From positions 124,001 through 188,000 of the forward strand of contig JBLDXI010000060.1 in assembly GCA_047495785.1 (NCBI GenBank): a stretch of DNA of 64,000 nt, read 5' to 3'. The notes under the pieces are model-generated. The model made no database searches. It had not been told where the DNA came from and saw only the letters and a program-made list of their open reading frames with translations. Position numbers and translations under genes: made by a program. The stretch is from Lepidodermella squamata. Lineage: Eukaryota > Animalia > Gastrotricha. Within the stretch, counting starts at the first letter, position 1. The number at the start of each line of letters is the position of its first letter. Below, piece by piece: positions 50,389 through 62,347 of the stretch.

Positions 50389-52314
50389 TTATTTTGCTCC
50401 AGCAATCAGCAGGCCCACAGTGGCGTAGAAGCACTTGAATACTACTCCCAGGTCATTTACCCCCGCTAGTCGTTTCATCTTGATAGCAGAACGAAGAGTA
50501 TAGGACAGAAGAGCTCCTCGTAAGATCATCAACCCGAAGACGAATATGAAAATTGCGATCATCACTGCAGACATAAGCGTTGGACCGAACTCGCATTGAG
50601 GCTCAATGAACTGATACGCAATCGAGTCATCGTCCTCAGATGGGTATTTGGGGCTTAATTGCGTAGCTGTTACGATTGAGTCTGCGGTGAACCAGGCTGT
50701 TAGTAAGCCACACATCTCAACGATTAGACAACACCCTAGGGTAATCATGACCTTGAAAATTTGAGTTTGAGTCACATTCACATCGACGTCACTAGATCGT
50801 TCTGGAGGATTCGAAATGTCTCCAACAGCTCCGCTCAAGAAGCTGCTTTTCTTTCTACTAGTTCTTTGAACATTAGCAATTGTTGGCACTGAGAAGAAAG
50901 GCCTGGCAATCTCGAACTTTGCAGAGAAGCCGAAGAGTAGACACCCTATTCCTAGTAACAAGAAGCTATACGAAGTCATGCAATTTAGGCTGAGCAGTTC
51001 AGTGTCGTAGATAGGTTGGGCAAGAATGCTGATGAGTAGCAGTAAATCCCCCAATAAAATGAAGCCATTGATTAACACCCAGTCTACAAGGCTTTGGTTA
51101 CTTCGGTGGAGTAAACCTTCCGTATAGCACATGAGCGGCTACTAATGCATTATCGTAGCAGTAGTGGCGTATGGTCCAGGCACCATTTGTCTCGGGGCTT
51201 TGAATTCTCGCAGCTAGCATCGCGTCGAAATTTGAGCCCGAGTTTCCTAGGGAGTCCCGCATACTTCTATCTAAATATAGCGAGTTACCCCTCGTGAAAG
51301 ACATCACGCTTTGAATGACCTCTCGCAGCATCTGCTCAGTGGACCAGCGTGACGGATCGCTGGGGCGAAAGGCAGCCGGGGTGAAGATTACGGAATTCGA
51401 TCCGTAAATCCCGTATCGATATAACCAACAGCAAATGCGAGCCGGTGTTATCGAGGCAAGGTAGACCACCCTCGGATCGAGCTTCTCGGATCCCAGAGCT
51501 AGTCTCACATCTTCCGACTCAGGCGCTTGGCTCTGAACAAGTTTGAACAGACTCAGCTTCCCGTCATATTTGCGCTCGAGCAATTTTCCAAACGCAGTTT
51601 CAAGCCGACCCTGATAATCGGCGATATCTGACACTATTGCGATCTTTTTCCAACCTGACATGAACTCATCCAGGGATATGTATAGCTCTTTTGAATCAAG
51701 ACTAAGGATGAACAGATTTCGGTACAACCTTCGCTAGTTGTTGTTTGCAAAGCAGTCTGCAAATAGGAAAAGATGGATAGCTAGGCGCTAGGCCTCAAGA
51801 GAAGAATTACTAACTCCGATGAAGTTGAAGTGTTGTAGAGTCGGAGCGGTGTGAAAGTGACCTGGGCAGAAATTCATCAACGCGTAAGGAATTCGATCGC
51901 TTGATATCGCGTTTGAGTTCACCACCGCTAAATGCTCTATCAGAGACTGATTACTCTATCACACTGGAATGAGACCGTGAATCCCTAATTTCTAGCATTT
52001 AGAAAAGTTTTACCATATCGTCGAAAGGTTCGACGATTAGCTCGTAGTCGGATAACAAGTTTTTCTGGGGTTTAACGCTGTCCAGGGCAAATCTGATGCC
52101 TTCTGAGCATATCGGGCCGTGGGCGAATGCCCGGCCGACGTAATTGAGTGCTGCTATTAGACTCAACGGTTTGCGCCTCGAGTCGTTCGGATTGAACGAG
52201 GAAGATGTTATACGCAGCGGCATTGGACTGTTGACTGGCAACTTGTCCGTAGGCACGAGGACTGGTAGCAACGATATTATGATGATGAAAAATTGGCTTA
52301 AAATTAAGATGCAT
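50389..52314 (-). pseudogene. GABA-B-like class C GPCR pseudogene, paralog of 7439-9749
   Basis: GWKKIAIVSDIADYQGRLETAF, HYCYDNALVAAHVL, QCEFGPTL; frameshifts, many microdeletions, large deletion before TM2, 3' end lost. Confidence 0.85.
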
Positions 52315-52779
52315 TGTAACTTGAAAATCGTTGTAAAGACTACATTTTTTATTTTTCTTCAGTACCTCATTGCTTTTACAGTGTTCTATATCCGGCGAAA
52401 CGTAAGACACGAAGCACGAATTTGGCTCGTCTAAGTAACACCTCGTTTTTCCGGCTTGTCTACATTCGCGGTTAAAATGTCAACCAAATTTACGACATTT
52501 GTGATATTTTTCGATCGATTGGATGCTGAAATGCTTTATCAGCCAGATTAACTTGATGACGGTTAGTTATTGCTTCGTTTTACATTGCCGCTGCGAAAAA
52601 TGGTCTTATCGCCATTCTGACTCATGGCGAAGTATAAGTCTGTCTGATAAATATCGCTCGAATTCTTTTGGCATCACTCTCCAGAGCACGCCCACAGCCA
52701 ACTAATGCTTTCATTCGATGATTATCCGAAATCTATTACCTTGTTAGCATGAATAACGGCTGATAAGCTAACTTATTCA

Positions 52780-52787
52780 CGTGGGAA
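52780..52787 (+). promoter_or_regulatory. CSL/Su(H)-type CGTGGGAA site overlapping a CACGTG E-box, near a GATAAG, upstream of a Ly6 gene
   Basis: Same 8-mer at 47124-47131, 54228-54235 and 6927-6934, each upstream of a Ly6 ATG. Confidence 0.35.
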
Positions 52788-52903
52788 TGTGAAGTGGGCA
52801 GGTAAGTTATCGGATAAATTTTTATAACACGCCGCCATATCACCTCGGCCATTCGGTACTTTTCTGTCGCTGAAATAACATTTTTCTTTTTCATAATTCT
52901 ATA

Positions 52904-53323
52904 ATGTCTCGCTTCGTTCTCTATGCAGCTGTTTTTGCGGGGATTTTTGCATGTGCCGGTTAGTTGTATAAAAGAATATAAGTTGTATCAAAGAATACAT
53001 CATATTTTGGTGTAGCTGGGATCAAGTGTTATGATGGTACAGCTACAAGTGAAACGGGTACTTTCACCCAGCCAACCACCGACTGCAAGTCTTGCTCCAA
53101 GGTGAAGATAACCACCGGCGACACGATAGTTTCTATCACAAAGTCATGCATCGCGGGCGACCAGGAGAGCGCTTGCAACACTGTGAATGTTGGAAGTACC
53201 GCGACCACCACGTGCTACTGCAACTCGAAAGATCTGTGCAACTCAGGGCTGAAAATCTCCGGCGGCAACTTCCTCATCGCAGCAGCTGTTGCAATGGCTG
53301 TCGCTGGTTTCTACGCTCATTGA
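52904..53323 (+). CDS. Ly6/three-finger protein, MSRFVLY subfamily
   Basis: IKCY..DCKSC..CYCNSKDLCNSGLKISGGNFLIAAAVAMAVAGFYAH. Confidence 0.9.
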
Positions 53324-53484
53324 ATTCCATCGCAATATTTACTGTTTGTTTGAGAGCTTGCTTCTAGATCTGACGATAGTTTTAGGTCTCTGATAGCTAA
53401 TAAACTGGTTTTTGATATCTCCCACGTTTTTTCGAGAGTTCGCATAATAAATGTGAGGTTCCATCACGTTTGAAAAACGTTTTA

Positions 53485-53879
53485 CCGTATTTCGCGAATT
53501 ATTAGGTAGGACCCAAATAGAGGGCAGAACCGGAAAAAAGGGCAGAACCGTATTAATAGGCAGGGCCTTGTACGAAGTGGCTTACATGAGCGCCTGCTGG
53601 GTAAGTAGGATAGGTTGCGATTTTCGTCAGTGAGTGCATTAATCATCTCTTATCCACCTTAATCCTCTTGAGCAAACACTTCACGCGTGTAGCCACAGGT
53701 GGGGGGGGGGGGCAGTAGCTATAGTGGCTATTCCTTGGGTTATTCGGCGATTTCAACTGTTGATCTAGGTGACCGATTAGGTTCGAAAAATTAAAGGGCA
53801 GACCCTAAATACAGGGCAGGACTTAAACACATCGTCTGATAAAAATACAGGGCAGGGTCTTATAATTCGTAAAATACAG
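53485..53879. mobile_element. MITE, pogo/Tc2-type ends, with AGGGCAG subterminal repeats
   Basis: TA-CCGTATTTCGCGAATTAT ... ATAATTCGTAAAATACAG-TA imperfect TIR. Confidence 0.75.
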
Positions 53880-54401
53880 TATTCTACATACTAAGATTCT
53901 CAGTGTTTGGATATGTATCTGAAGGCTGTCGCCTTTTTATTTGTTACTGCATACAATGGAGACGCGCGCCAAGAATACAGCGTTGCTGTTTTTAAAAAAG
54001 CAGAAGCTGGTGCTTGTTTATTATTGATTATTGGGCAGAATCTCTAAATCTCTAAATAATATGAGCCCTTTTCTTGGCGGGCTTCTCAATTCAATTCAAG
54101 GGTGATCAGCAAACTAATCCAATGAACATGTTCAAGAACTCTTTTGTCAAGTCCGGAGTCACAATGTTGACAAATGACAGTGATCTTTTTACTGTTTGCT
54201 TCAAATTTCTCCAGGCTAACTTGTTCACGTGGGAACGTTGCGTGGGCAATTAAGTTTGATCAGAGAAATTATCATTTCACGCTCGTCGGAATAACTACTC
54301 GGTACCTTCTGTCGCGAAAATAATCTTTCACATCCTTAATCCTATATAATCTATCCATTGTAGGTTGGGCAAGGCGCCCTGGTTCCGGACAGTGATATTT
54401 A

Positions 54402-54671
54402 CAGTGAAAGTTGTCTAAGCCGGACGTTTTCGGGTGGCTCGATCCAAAAGTGTGGACTTTCTATTATAATTTTACTGTCTAAACCGGACTGGTGGTATAA
54501 ACCGGACGGATTTTGGTTATCGTAAAATACTGCATGAGCATGGGTACTAACACTATATTTTTTGAGCGAATGCTATATTTTCCTCATATTTCCCAAGCAT
54601 AAACCGGACTTTGTCTAAACCGGACCATTTTGCCTGGCGCGATACGAGTCCGGTTTAGACAACTTTCACTG
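54402..54671. mobile_element. Tigger/pogo-type MITE upstream of a Ly6 gene
   Basis: TIR CAGTGAAAGTTGTCTAA(G/A)CCGGAC, TA flanks, internal AAACCGGAC repeats, followed by a (TA)n run. Confidence 0.88.
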
Positions 54672-54767
54672 TATATATATATATATAACTACATGGTATC
54701 TATCTGAGATGAGATACGTATAGAAGTGTAGCATGTTTTGGAGCAGAATAAAACTAAACTAAACAAA

Positions 54768-55186
54768 ATGTCTCGCTTCGTTCTCTATGCAGCTGTTTTT
54801 GCGGCGGTGTTTGCAGGTGCCGGTTAGTTGTTTGAAAATAATATTTTTTTCAAAGAATAAATCGCATTATTTTGAACTTAGCTGGGATCAAATGTTATAC
54901 TGGTACAGCATCAAGTGAATCGGGAACTTTCTCCGTCTCTGCTGGCGACTGCAAATCATGCAGCAAGGTGAAGGTAATCAACGGCGACGCGGTAGCTATC
55001 AACAAGGCATGCAACGATGTCGATTTTGGGAACAGCTGCACATCTTCGACTCTCGCAAGTGTCGAGACCATCACGTGTTTATGCAACTCAAAAGACCTGT
55101 GCAATTCAGGGCTGAAAATCTCCAGCGGCCATTTCCTGATCACAGCAGCTGTTGCGATGGTTATCGCTGGTTTTTACGCTCAGTGA
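54768..55186 (+). CDS. Ly6/three-finger protein, MSRFVLY subfamily
   Basis: IKCY..DCKSC..CLCNSKDLCN + tail. Confidence 0.9.
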
Positions 55187-56096
55187 ACTCGATCGCAACA
55201 TTTTTTGTTTGAAAGCTTGCATCGTTTTGGAAGTCATTTAACACAAATAAAGTAGTAGAGAGATTGTAGAGGGGAGTGGGAAATAAAAAGGTAAAAATTA
55301 AAAAGCATAATTCACCCCCAAAAACGCAATAGGAATACTAAATGTTATGTATTTTTTCTTCCCCGCGACAAACAATTGTATACTCTTCCGTTTTTTGAGG
55401 ATGGCCACTCCGCTGTTAGTATCAATGGCTACTTTTGTTGTCTGATTCAGAATAATTATAAACCATCAATTTCCGTCAAAGGATGTTGCTTCAGTAGAGC
55501 CCCAGATAGTGAATTGGTGATACATTAATTACTTTACCCTTTACTTCCTTCACTTAAAGCCGTCCTCTTACTGTTTGATAGTGCTAATCGACCCTTCATA
55601 TCTATAACGTGTGCCATGTCTAGTATTAACATGAGATAAAACGACGATGTCTCGCAAGAAGCGGTCAGTTGCATCATCTTCATAACAAGGACACGCCTGT
55701 TTCAGCCAGCGTGGGAGAGGTAGGTGTAACTGTCCGACATCAAACAATGAGATTACGGCTAAGACCAACCAATTGCCGGTGCCTGTTTCACAAATTCATG
55801 CAACATTCAGAGAAGGCGAAAAAAACGCAGCAAGCCTGGTGCGAGGTGTTTGCGATAATTGAAGTGATATTAAAACAGCGAAGAAGTACCTAACTACCAA
55901 ATTGATTACAAGTAAAACTACAGGACGTTATTCTTATCAGTCCGGTCTTTGTAAAACGGATTGCAGTGCGTGGGTTCGCTTGTCGCTTCTTTCATAAGTT
56001 GCGATAAGTTTGAGGCTTAAAAGAGACCAGCTTGATCGGTGCAGCAGATATTCCACTTTTTTGTTGCTTTTCTCACACTCCGCCACAGACAGAAAG

Positions 56097-56502
56097 ATGC
56101 GCATCTTCATTGCCTTGATTGCATTCGCCTCCTTCATCGCCGTTTCATGTGAGTTTTTTTCTAATTTCGAATGATTGACGAGGAATAAGCGCTTCTTTTG
56201 CAGCGGCTCTCAGCTGCTACGCTGGACAAACCATCAACGGTGTCGGCACATTCACGAATGAAACAGGATGCGTGTGGTGCGTCAAAGTAGTCGGCGAGGC
56301 TCAGGGAGCTGAAGTGGTTGGGAAGGCATGCGCGCCGACCACGTCAGGTGCTTATAACACGTGCCAGTCAGCCACCATTAACGGCGTTACAGCACGCGCT
56401 TGCTACTGCGACGATCGTGATTTCTGCAACAGCGCCCCACGCTCGGCTGCCTTCTCGGCACTCGCCGTCACTTTTCTCGCAGCTGCCGTTTACGCTCTAT
56501 AA
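56097..56502 (+). CDS. Ly6/three-finger protein, MRTFIAL subfamily
   Basis: LSCY..GCVWC..CYCDDRDFCNSAPRS + tail. Confidence 0.9.
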
Positions 56503-57129
56503 ACTTTGATCATGTATTACTCAACCAATCCGATATCCGCTACTTCTGCTTGAAATTTAAATTGATATAATAAAGAGAAGTCAAATACTCTCCATGAGCA
56601 TGACTCTATAACATTGGAAAATCCTTACTCGGAGTTTTGTGTTCGACAGCTTTGGGAGAGAATCACTACTGCTCGTAGCGAAGGAGAAAGACTAACTTAG
56701 CCTTTCCTTCTCTTTCCTCCCTCCCTGAAAGCCCTCAAATAAATAGTTGGGAGTTGGGTCGAGACTCTGTAAAATGGTTGTTAATGTGTGTGGGTATATT
56801 AATGCGATGAGGGAGGGGCTATCGACGGTGCAGTAGATATCACAGTTTTTCATTGCTCTGCTTTTCCCAATCAAAAGTGACTATTCTCTAAAGAAGAGTC
56901 ATCAATAATCCGGACTTCAGAATAATATTTATAGTATCTACGGAATGTCAACTTACTGGGAACTCCGGTGACTCTAAATTTCAATAAATGTACTTACCCA
57001 TCTTACTTTCTAGTTTCAGATGCTTCAAAATCGAATTACGATCTTTTCGGTACAATTCAGACTTTATTGGACTGATAACTCTCCCTTCGACATACTTATG
57101 ATGATAATGAGATAATGGGGCTTTTAATA

Positions 57130-57295
57130 AGAGAGCCTTATCGAAAGGGGAAGTCGAGAAGCTAAGTTTAGCTCTCTCCATATATTTCTACCTTGGGACT
57201 GATAGAAAGCAAGTTTCGAGTCCATTCATATTAGTCCCAAGGAGGAGCGTGAAAGCCGTTGGAAAACGATCCCTGATGCCTTCGCAAGTCGAGCC
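57130..57295 (+). pseudogene. Decayed copy of the Ly6 gene at 59323
   Basis: gagaagctaagtttagctctctccata and agcgtgaaagccgttggaaaacgatccctgatgccttcgcaagtcgagcc match 59325-59563. Confidence 0.7.
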
Positions 57296-57879
57296 CGCAT
57301 CAATAAGTGACCAAAACAGAAAGATGGGCACTTTCGTAGCTTTATATTGGTTGCATTCGCCTCAGGCATTGGTCTTTCATGTGGCGTTCTCAACTCTGAA
57401 TTAATCGATGATTCTCGGCAATCGCCTTAGGCTTTCTATCAAATGCCATAGTTACGCTCTGCAAAAAAAGCTTTGAACAAGCCTGCCAATCCGATATCCT
57501 GTACTTCTAATTGAAATGAAATACTAATAGAAAAAACAAACACTGACCAAGAGCTTGGCTTTTTTCGAACAATTATATAGGTCTTACAACTGGAAGTGAA
57601 TGCGCGGCGGTGACGCCACCGCCATGTTTACTGTTTCAGCCACATCTTGAGCTTGAGAGTGCGCGCTCCATTTGTTGCTTAGAACTTGCTATAAAAAGCC
57701 CAATTTTACTTGAAATTATCACCTACCGTTTCGGAGATCAAAAGTAGTTAGCCTTAGCCATTAAATAAAAAGCCTTAGTTTTCCTACGTTCAGGCGTGTT
57801 TTTGCTTAATCATACTAGCCTAAATACAAGTCGGGTCGTCGGCCATGATCCCGTGATCGCGATTACCCGTCACCGTTAC

Positions 57880-58188
57880 AGTGGATAAAGCTTAATTGCA
57901 ACTCTCGCTAGTAATGAACGGGAAAAAGTCGCAATTTATGTTACTCAAATGCACTAAATCCCCCGCGCCGAATTTATCGATTACAATTTACGATCAATGA
58001 CCCAGTTGTTGAGACCACAGAAATCATGGCATTCAACATCGACAATAAACTTACGTTCGAACATCAAATACATCAAAGGCGCTAAGAGCAAGGCCTGTTC
58101 GTGCTCAGACTAGCAGCAAAATTCGTCGACCGCAGAGCAACTATTCTGATGGCAAACGGCCTAATCTACAGCAATTTCAATTATTGGA
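57880..58188 (+). mobile_element. Non-LTR retrotransposon (LINE) reverse-transcriptase C-terminal remnant
   Basis: WIKLN...LVMNGKKSQFM ... FNIDNKLTFEHQI ... LFVLRLAAKFV ... LIYSNFNYW, with stop and frameshifts. Confidence 0.7.
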
Positions 58189-58360
58189 TTTATTTTTGGA
58201 ATTTTGTTTCTTATCATGGCTGAGTCGGTAAACTGTAAATTGCCTGGCAAAGCGTGGGTCCGTTTCTTTTTTGCGATAAGGGCGCTTTCGGTGCAGTAAA
58301 TAGTCATCTATGTATTCATCGCTCTGTTTTTCCCGAATCAATAATTGACCAAAAATAAAC

Positions 58361-58766
58361 ATGCGCACCCTCACTGCGTTGATCGCAATCGCTCCGGTTG
58401 TCAGCCTTTCATGTGAGTTTCTGCATTCTGAATGAATAGATTACTATAGTCAGCTTCTATCCTGCAGCGGCTATCAGCTGTTACGTTGGAAAAGTCACCA
58501 ACGGAGTGGGCACATACACGAATGAAACTGGTTGCGTTTGGTGCAGCAAAGGCTACGGCGAGACTAACGGCATCGAATTCACTGAAAAGGCGTGCTTACC
58601 GGAGACACCAGGCGCTGCTAACATGTGCCAGACTTTCAAAGTCGTCGCGATTTCTGGGCGGGCTTGCATGTGCAACGATCGCGACTTCTGCAACAGCGCC
58701 CCACGCTCGGCTGCCTTCTCAGCAGTTGCCGTCACTTTCCTTGCAGCCGCTGTTTTCACTCTATAA
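58361..58766 (+). CDS. Ly6/three-finger protein, MRTFIAL subfamily
   Basis: ISCY..GCVWC..CMCNDRDFCNSAPRS + tail. Confidence 0.9.
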
Positions 58767-59322
58767 ACCCTGATTAAGTACTTTTTACCCAGTCGATCTG
58801 CAGTTTAGATATGTTAACATTTGAATTATAAAGCTGAATAAATGCAAATGCTCCGCAATGCAAGCATAGATGACGGGGAGTTTATAGCTCGACCAAACCA
58901 TCTAACCCGAGTTCACCTCACTTTCTCGTAAATCTCTGAATCATCAAAATCCCAGGCCTCGGACGAAATATCTACTTACTTCGAACTCCGATGACTCTCA
59001 ATTGTGAATGAACGCGCATCCTACTTTTTGATTACAGATGCTTCTCAGCGGGAACTTTTCTTTACAATTTAGACTATAGACGAAAGATCATGTGCAAATT
59101 CCCTGAATTCACAAAGCACCGAGAATTTTCTAATTTCTGGTTTAGCGATTTTGGGCTTATCTATATAGCACAGCAATTTTCATTTCGCTACGTTTGCTGA
59201 TATAGCACTGCTTGATAACTAGCCGGTGTTGCGGAGTTTGGGTTTCACTGATTAGGCAATTTGCATCTACTTTACTCTGCTTATATGAGGCTGTAAATGC
59301 GAAGAGCCTTTCCGCAAGAGGA

Positions 59323-59743
59323 ATGGAGAAGCAAAGTTTAGCTTTCTCCATAATTCTGCTCCTGCTGTCACTGGCGTATTCAGGTAAAAATCTGATTAAT
59401 CTTCGCGAGTCTGTGAATGAATTCCGCCGCTTTTCTAGATGCAATCAAGTGTTGGGATGGCATAAATTCATTTCATCAATTCGAAGACTGCCAGTGGTGT
59501 GCGTCGTTGAGAAGCGTGAAAGCCATTGGAAAACGATGCCTGGTGCCTTCGCAAGTTGAGCCGGGCTTAAAAAGCGTATGCGTCTCAGTGGCCACCGTGA
59601 ATCACCCAGCCGACATTTGCTTCTGCAACGATGCCGATCTGTGTAACGCAGCGAACGATCGGCAGTTCAAAGAAGCCTCGAAATACCTCATTTTCATGCC
59701 GACTATGCTCTTTTACTTCCTTATGAATAACCTTTTGTTATGA
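59323..59743 (+). CDS. Ly6/three-finger protein
   Basis: MEKQSLAFSIILLLLSLAYS; IKCWDG..DCQWC..CFCNDADLCN + tail. Confidence 0.9.
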
Positions 59744-60228
59744 ATAAACAGCCACTTTTTATTTCTCGGCGAAAACTGTTATCGCATTGAAATAAGTAGT
59801 ATGGGCACCTTCAGACTCTACGTATTAGGGTATTAGTAACTTCGTAGGATATTACAATTCGGCGCTGATGGCTGGAATACCACAGGTGCGAAGGTCCCGA
59901 CATGACTCGAATTGTGTTCATAATATTCCACCTTTATCGTCTACCAAAGATGGAATCGCTTTCTTCATTACATCACCTTGAAATACTAAGGACTCCAGAG
60001 CCAGGATTGAAATGATTGAAATAACTGCTCAACAGAGAGTTCAAGCAACTGTTCAATATTTGCACAGTAATGAAGAATTTGAAGAACTCTGCAGGAAACC
60101 TTATCTAAAGATTTCACCAATTAAAAGCCGAATCTTAATTGGCTTTTTCCACAAAGACTTCATTCAGATATTTGTCTTCAATCGAAACTCACATGGACAC
60201 TCTTTGATGAGAATAAAAGTTGAATAAT

Positions 60229-61455
60229 ATGCTCCTAGCAGTAATTACAAGTATTTTACCGTTATTAGCTGAAAGCTATTTACCGCCTGAAGAAGCTCTG
60301 CGGTTGGCTTTGATCGAGAATTGCAACATTCGAGCAGACGCAAGGCCTGTTTTGAACTCTGAAGATCCTGTTAGAGCAACAGGGACCATTGATGCGCTTT
60401 CCTTTCGCGAAATCAACGACCGCGATCAAACGTTTGCCTGGCCATTTTCAACCATGTCGCTTTATCATCAAGTTTTTTAAATAGGTTCACTGCTTTTGCT
60501 AGTTTGAACTTAAACTGGAAGCATCCTTGCGTCGAAACGTATAATTGGTCGAGTAAGCCGGAGTTTGCGGGAATTTCAAGTTTTGCCGACAAAAGCGAGT
60601 TTGTGTGGATACCGCCTCTTTACCTGATCAATGCCGCTGGAGCTTTCGACTTGCCAAAATTCACGCCCATTTCTACCTATTACCCAGACGGAACAGTTGG
60701 CAGCGTATTCAGCGGATATTTCACCACTTTTTGCGAGATCGAGTAAGAAAATGAGCTTGAAAGAATGAGCGAATTAAATTTGTATATTTTACAGCTTTTT
60801 CAAGTTTCCATTTGACACCCAAACTTGTGGATTCATAATCGAGCCGTACATTGAGACAAATCTCTTTGATTTGATCCTAGATCCAGAAACAACAACCCTT
60901 ATTCGCATTAATCCCACGAAATTCAATAAGCAGACCAATATGTGGATATACATTGATTCGACAGCTTCGAACGCTAGTATCATCTACCCCGGCTATGAAG
61001 ACTTGAGATATTCCCATCTTGAGTTCTCCTTTACCTTCAAACGCCGATACGAGTATTATGCGAGCTCGATTTTCTTACCATCTTTTGCCCTGTTGCTTCT
61101 TCAAGCTCTCGCCGGCCTTTTACCACCTGCCGAGCCTGAGAGGTCTTCGTTCAATATGACAGTCGTCCTTGCATTCAACGTTCTTCAGTCGATGGTTTAC
61201 GACAAAATCCCCCAGACTTCAGATACCCCTCTTATCGTCTATTTCATCCTAGTTCAGCTGGGGACCAGTGTGATGTTCTGTTGTTACGGCCTGGTCTCGT
61301 GCTTCTTGGCGCAAATTTTGAATGGCAGGGAATGCCTGTTATTTAAAAAGTGCAAGGTGAGCCTCATAAGGCTGGTTGATTTGTTAACGCATATTTTTCT
61401 GCTTTTTACGAATATTGTTTTCAATATTGTCATAATGTGCCTCATGACGTCATGA
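60229..61455 (+). CDS. Cys-loop channel subunit; copy 12 (exons 60229-60431, 60485-60742, 60795-61455)
   Basis: C-EIDFFKFPFDTQT-C; close paralog of copies 9 and 10. Confidence 0.92.
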
Positions 61456-62347
61456 AGCTGTGGCTGATAAGTAGCCAGCTATGCATATAGAATCGATGCA
61501 GAGGGGCTGAAAATTGGAATAAAATTCGAAAATCTTGTAATTTCGATTGTAATTTCGATTCGATTTGTGTCAGTTTTGCTAAACACATTAACTCCACAAT
61601 ATAACATAACTGGCAATATTCTTTGGACTTTTAGGACGCAATTTCCGTATCACTACTAAATAATTGATGGAAAAATATTTAGACTCACTGAAAAATTAGG
61701 GCAGGTGATCTTAGTTGTACCTTCGAACTGGAAAAAGTTACGGAGATCCCGTCAGCTGTCAAAGGCCGCAGGCCGACAGTTGTAATTTGAAGTCTCAGGT
61801 ACGGTCACCCCTCTCCAAATCTCCAATGAAAGCAATGGTTAATGTTAATCGATCCTCTCTGCCTTCTTCGCCCAACCTGCGCCGATGGCAAAGTTCAAAT
61901 TGAAGCTAAGTGGTTTGATCACCTCTACTAGTAGACCTGGGCCAAGGTCGGAAACGAGGGTTGTACCGCGTGACTTAGGAGGGCAAAGTAAGCTCCCGTC
62001 GATAAATTGACGAAATAATGCCCTAGTTTTTGCCGAATTTGACCTTAAGCCCGGCAAAATCGGACGAAAATGAAGTCGCTTATAGCGAGAAGCCGTTAAT
62101 TTGACAACATGTTTTCAGCGATCCCAATTACTAGGAAAGTTCCTGTTTAACAGTATACACACTCAGATGCATAATTAATGATTAGGCGTAAGTACGGGTA
62201 ATAGCTCAGCTGGATACACGATTTGCTGTCAATTATTTGCTCAGTCATTTTTTGCCCTTTTAGAAGAATTCGGCAGAAAATTTAAGGAAAGCTACTTTGC
62301 AAGATTTTACCAATTAAACAGACTTTTTCTTGTTTTTTTTTATTACC

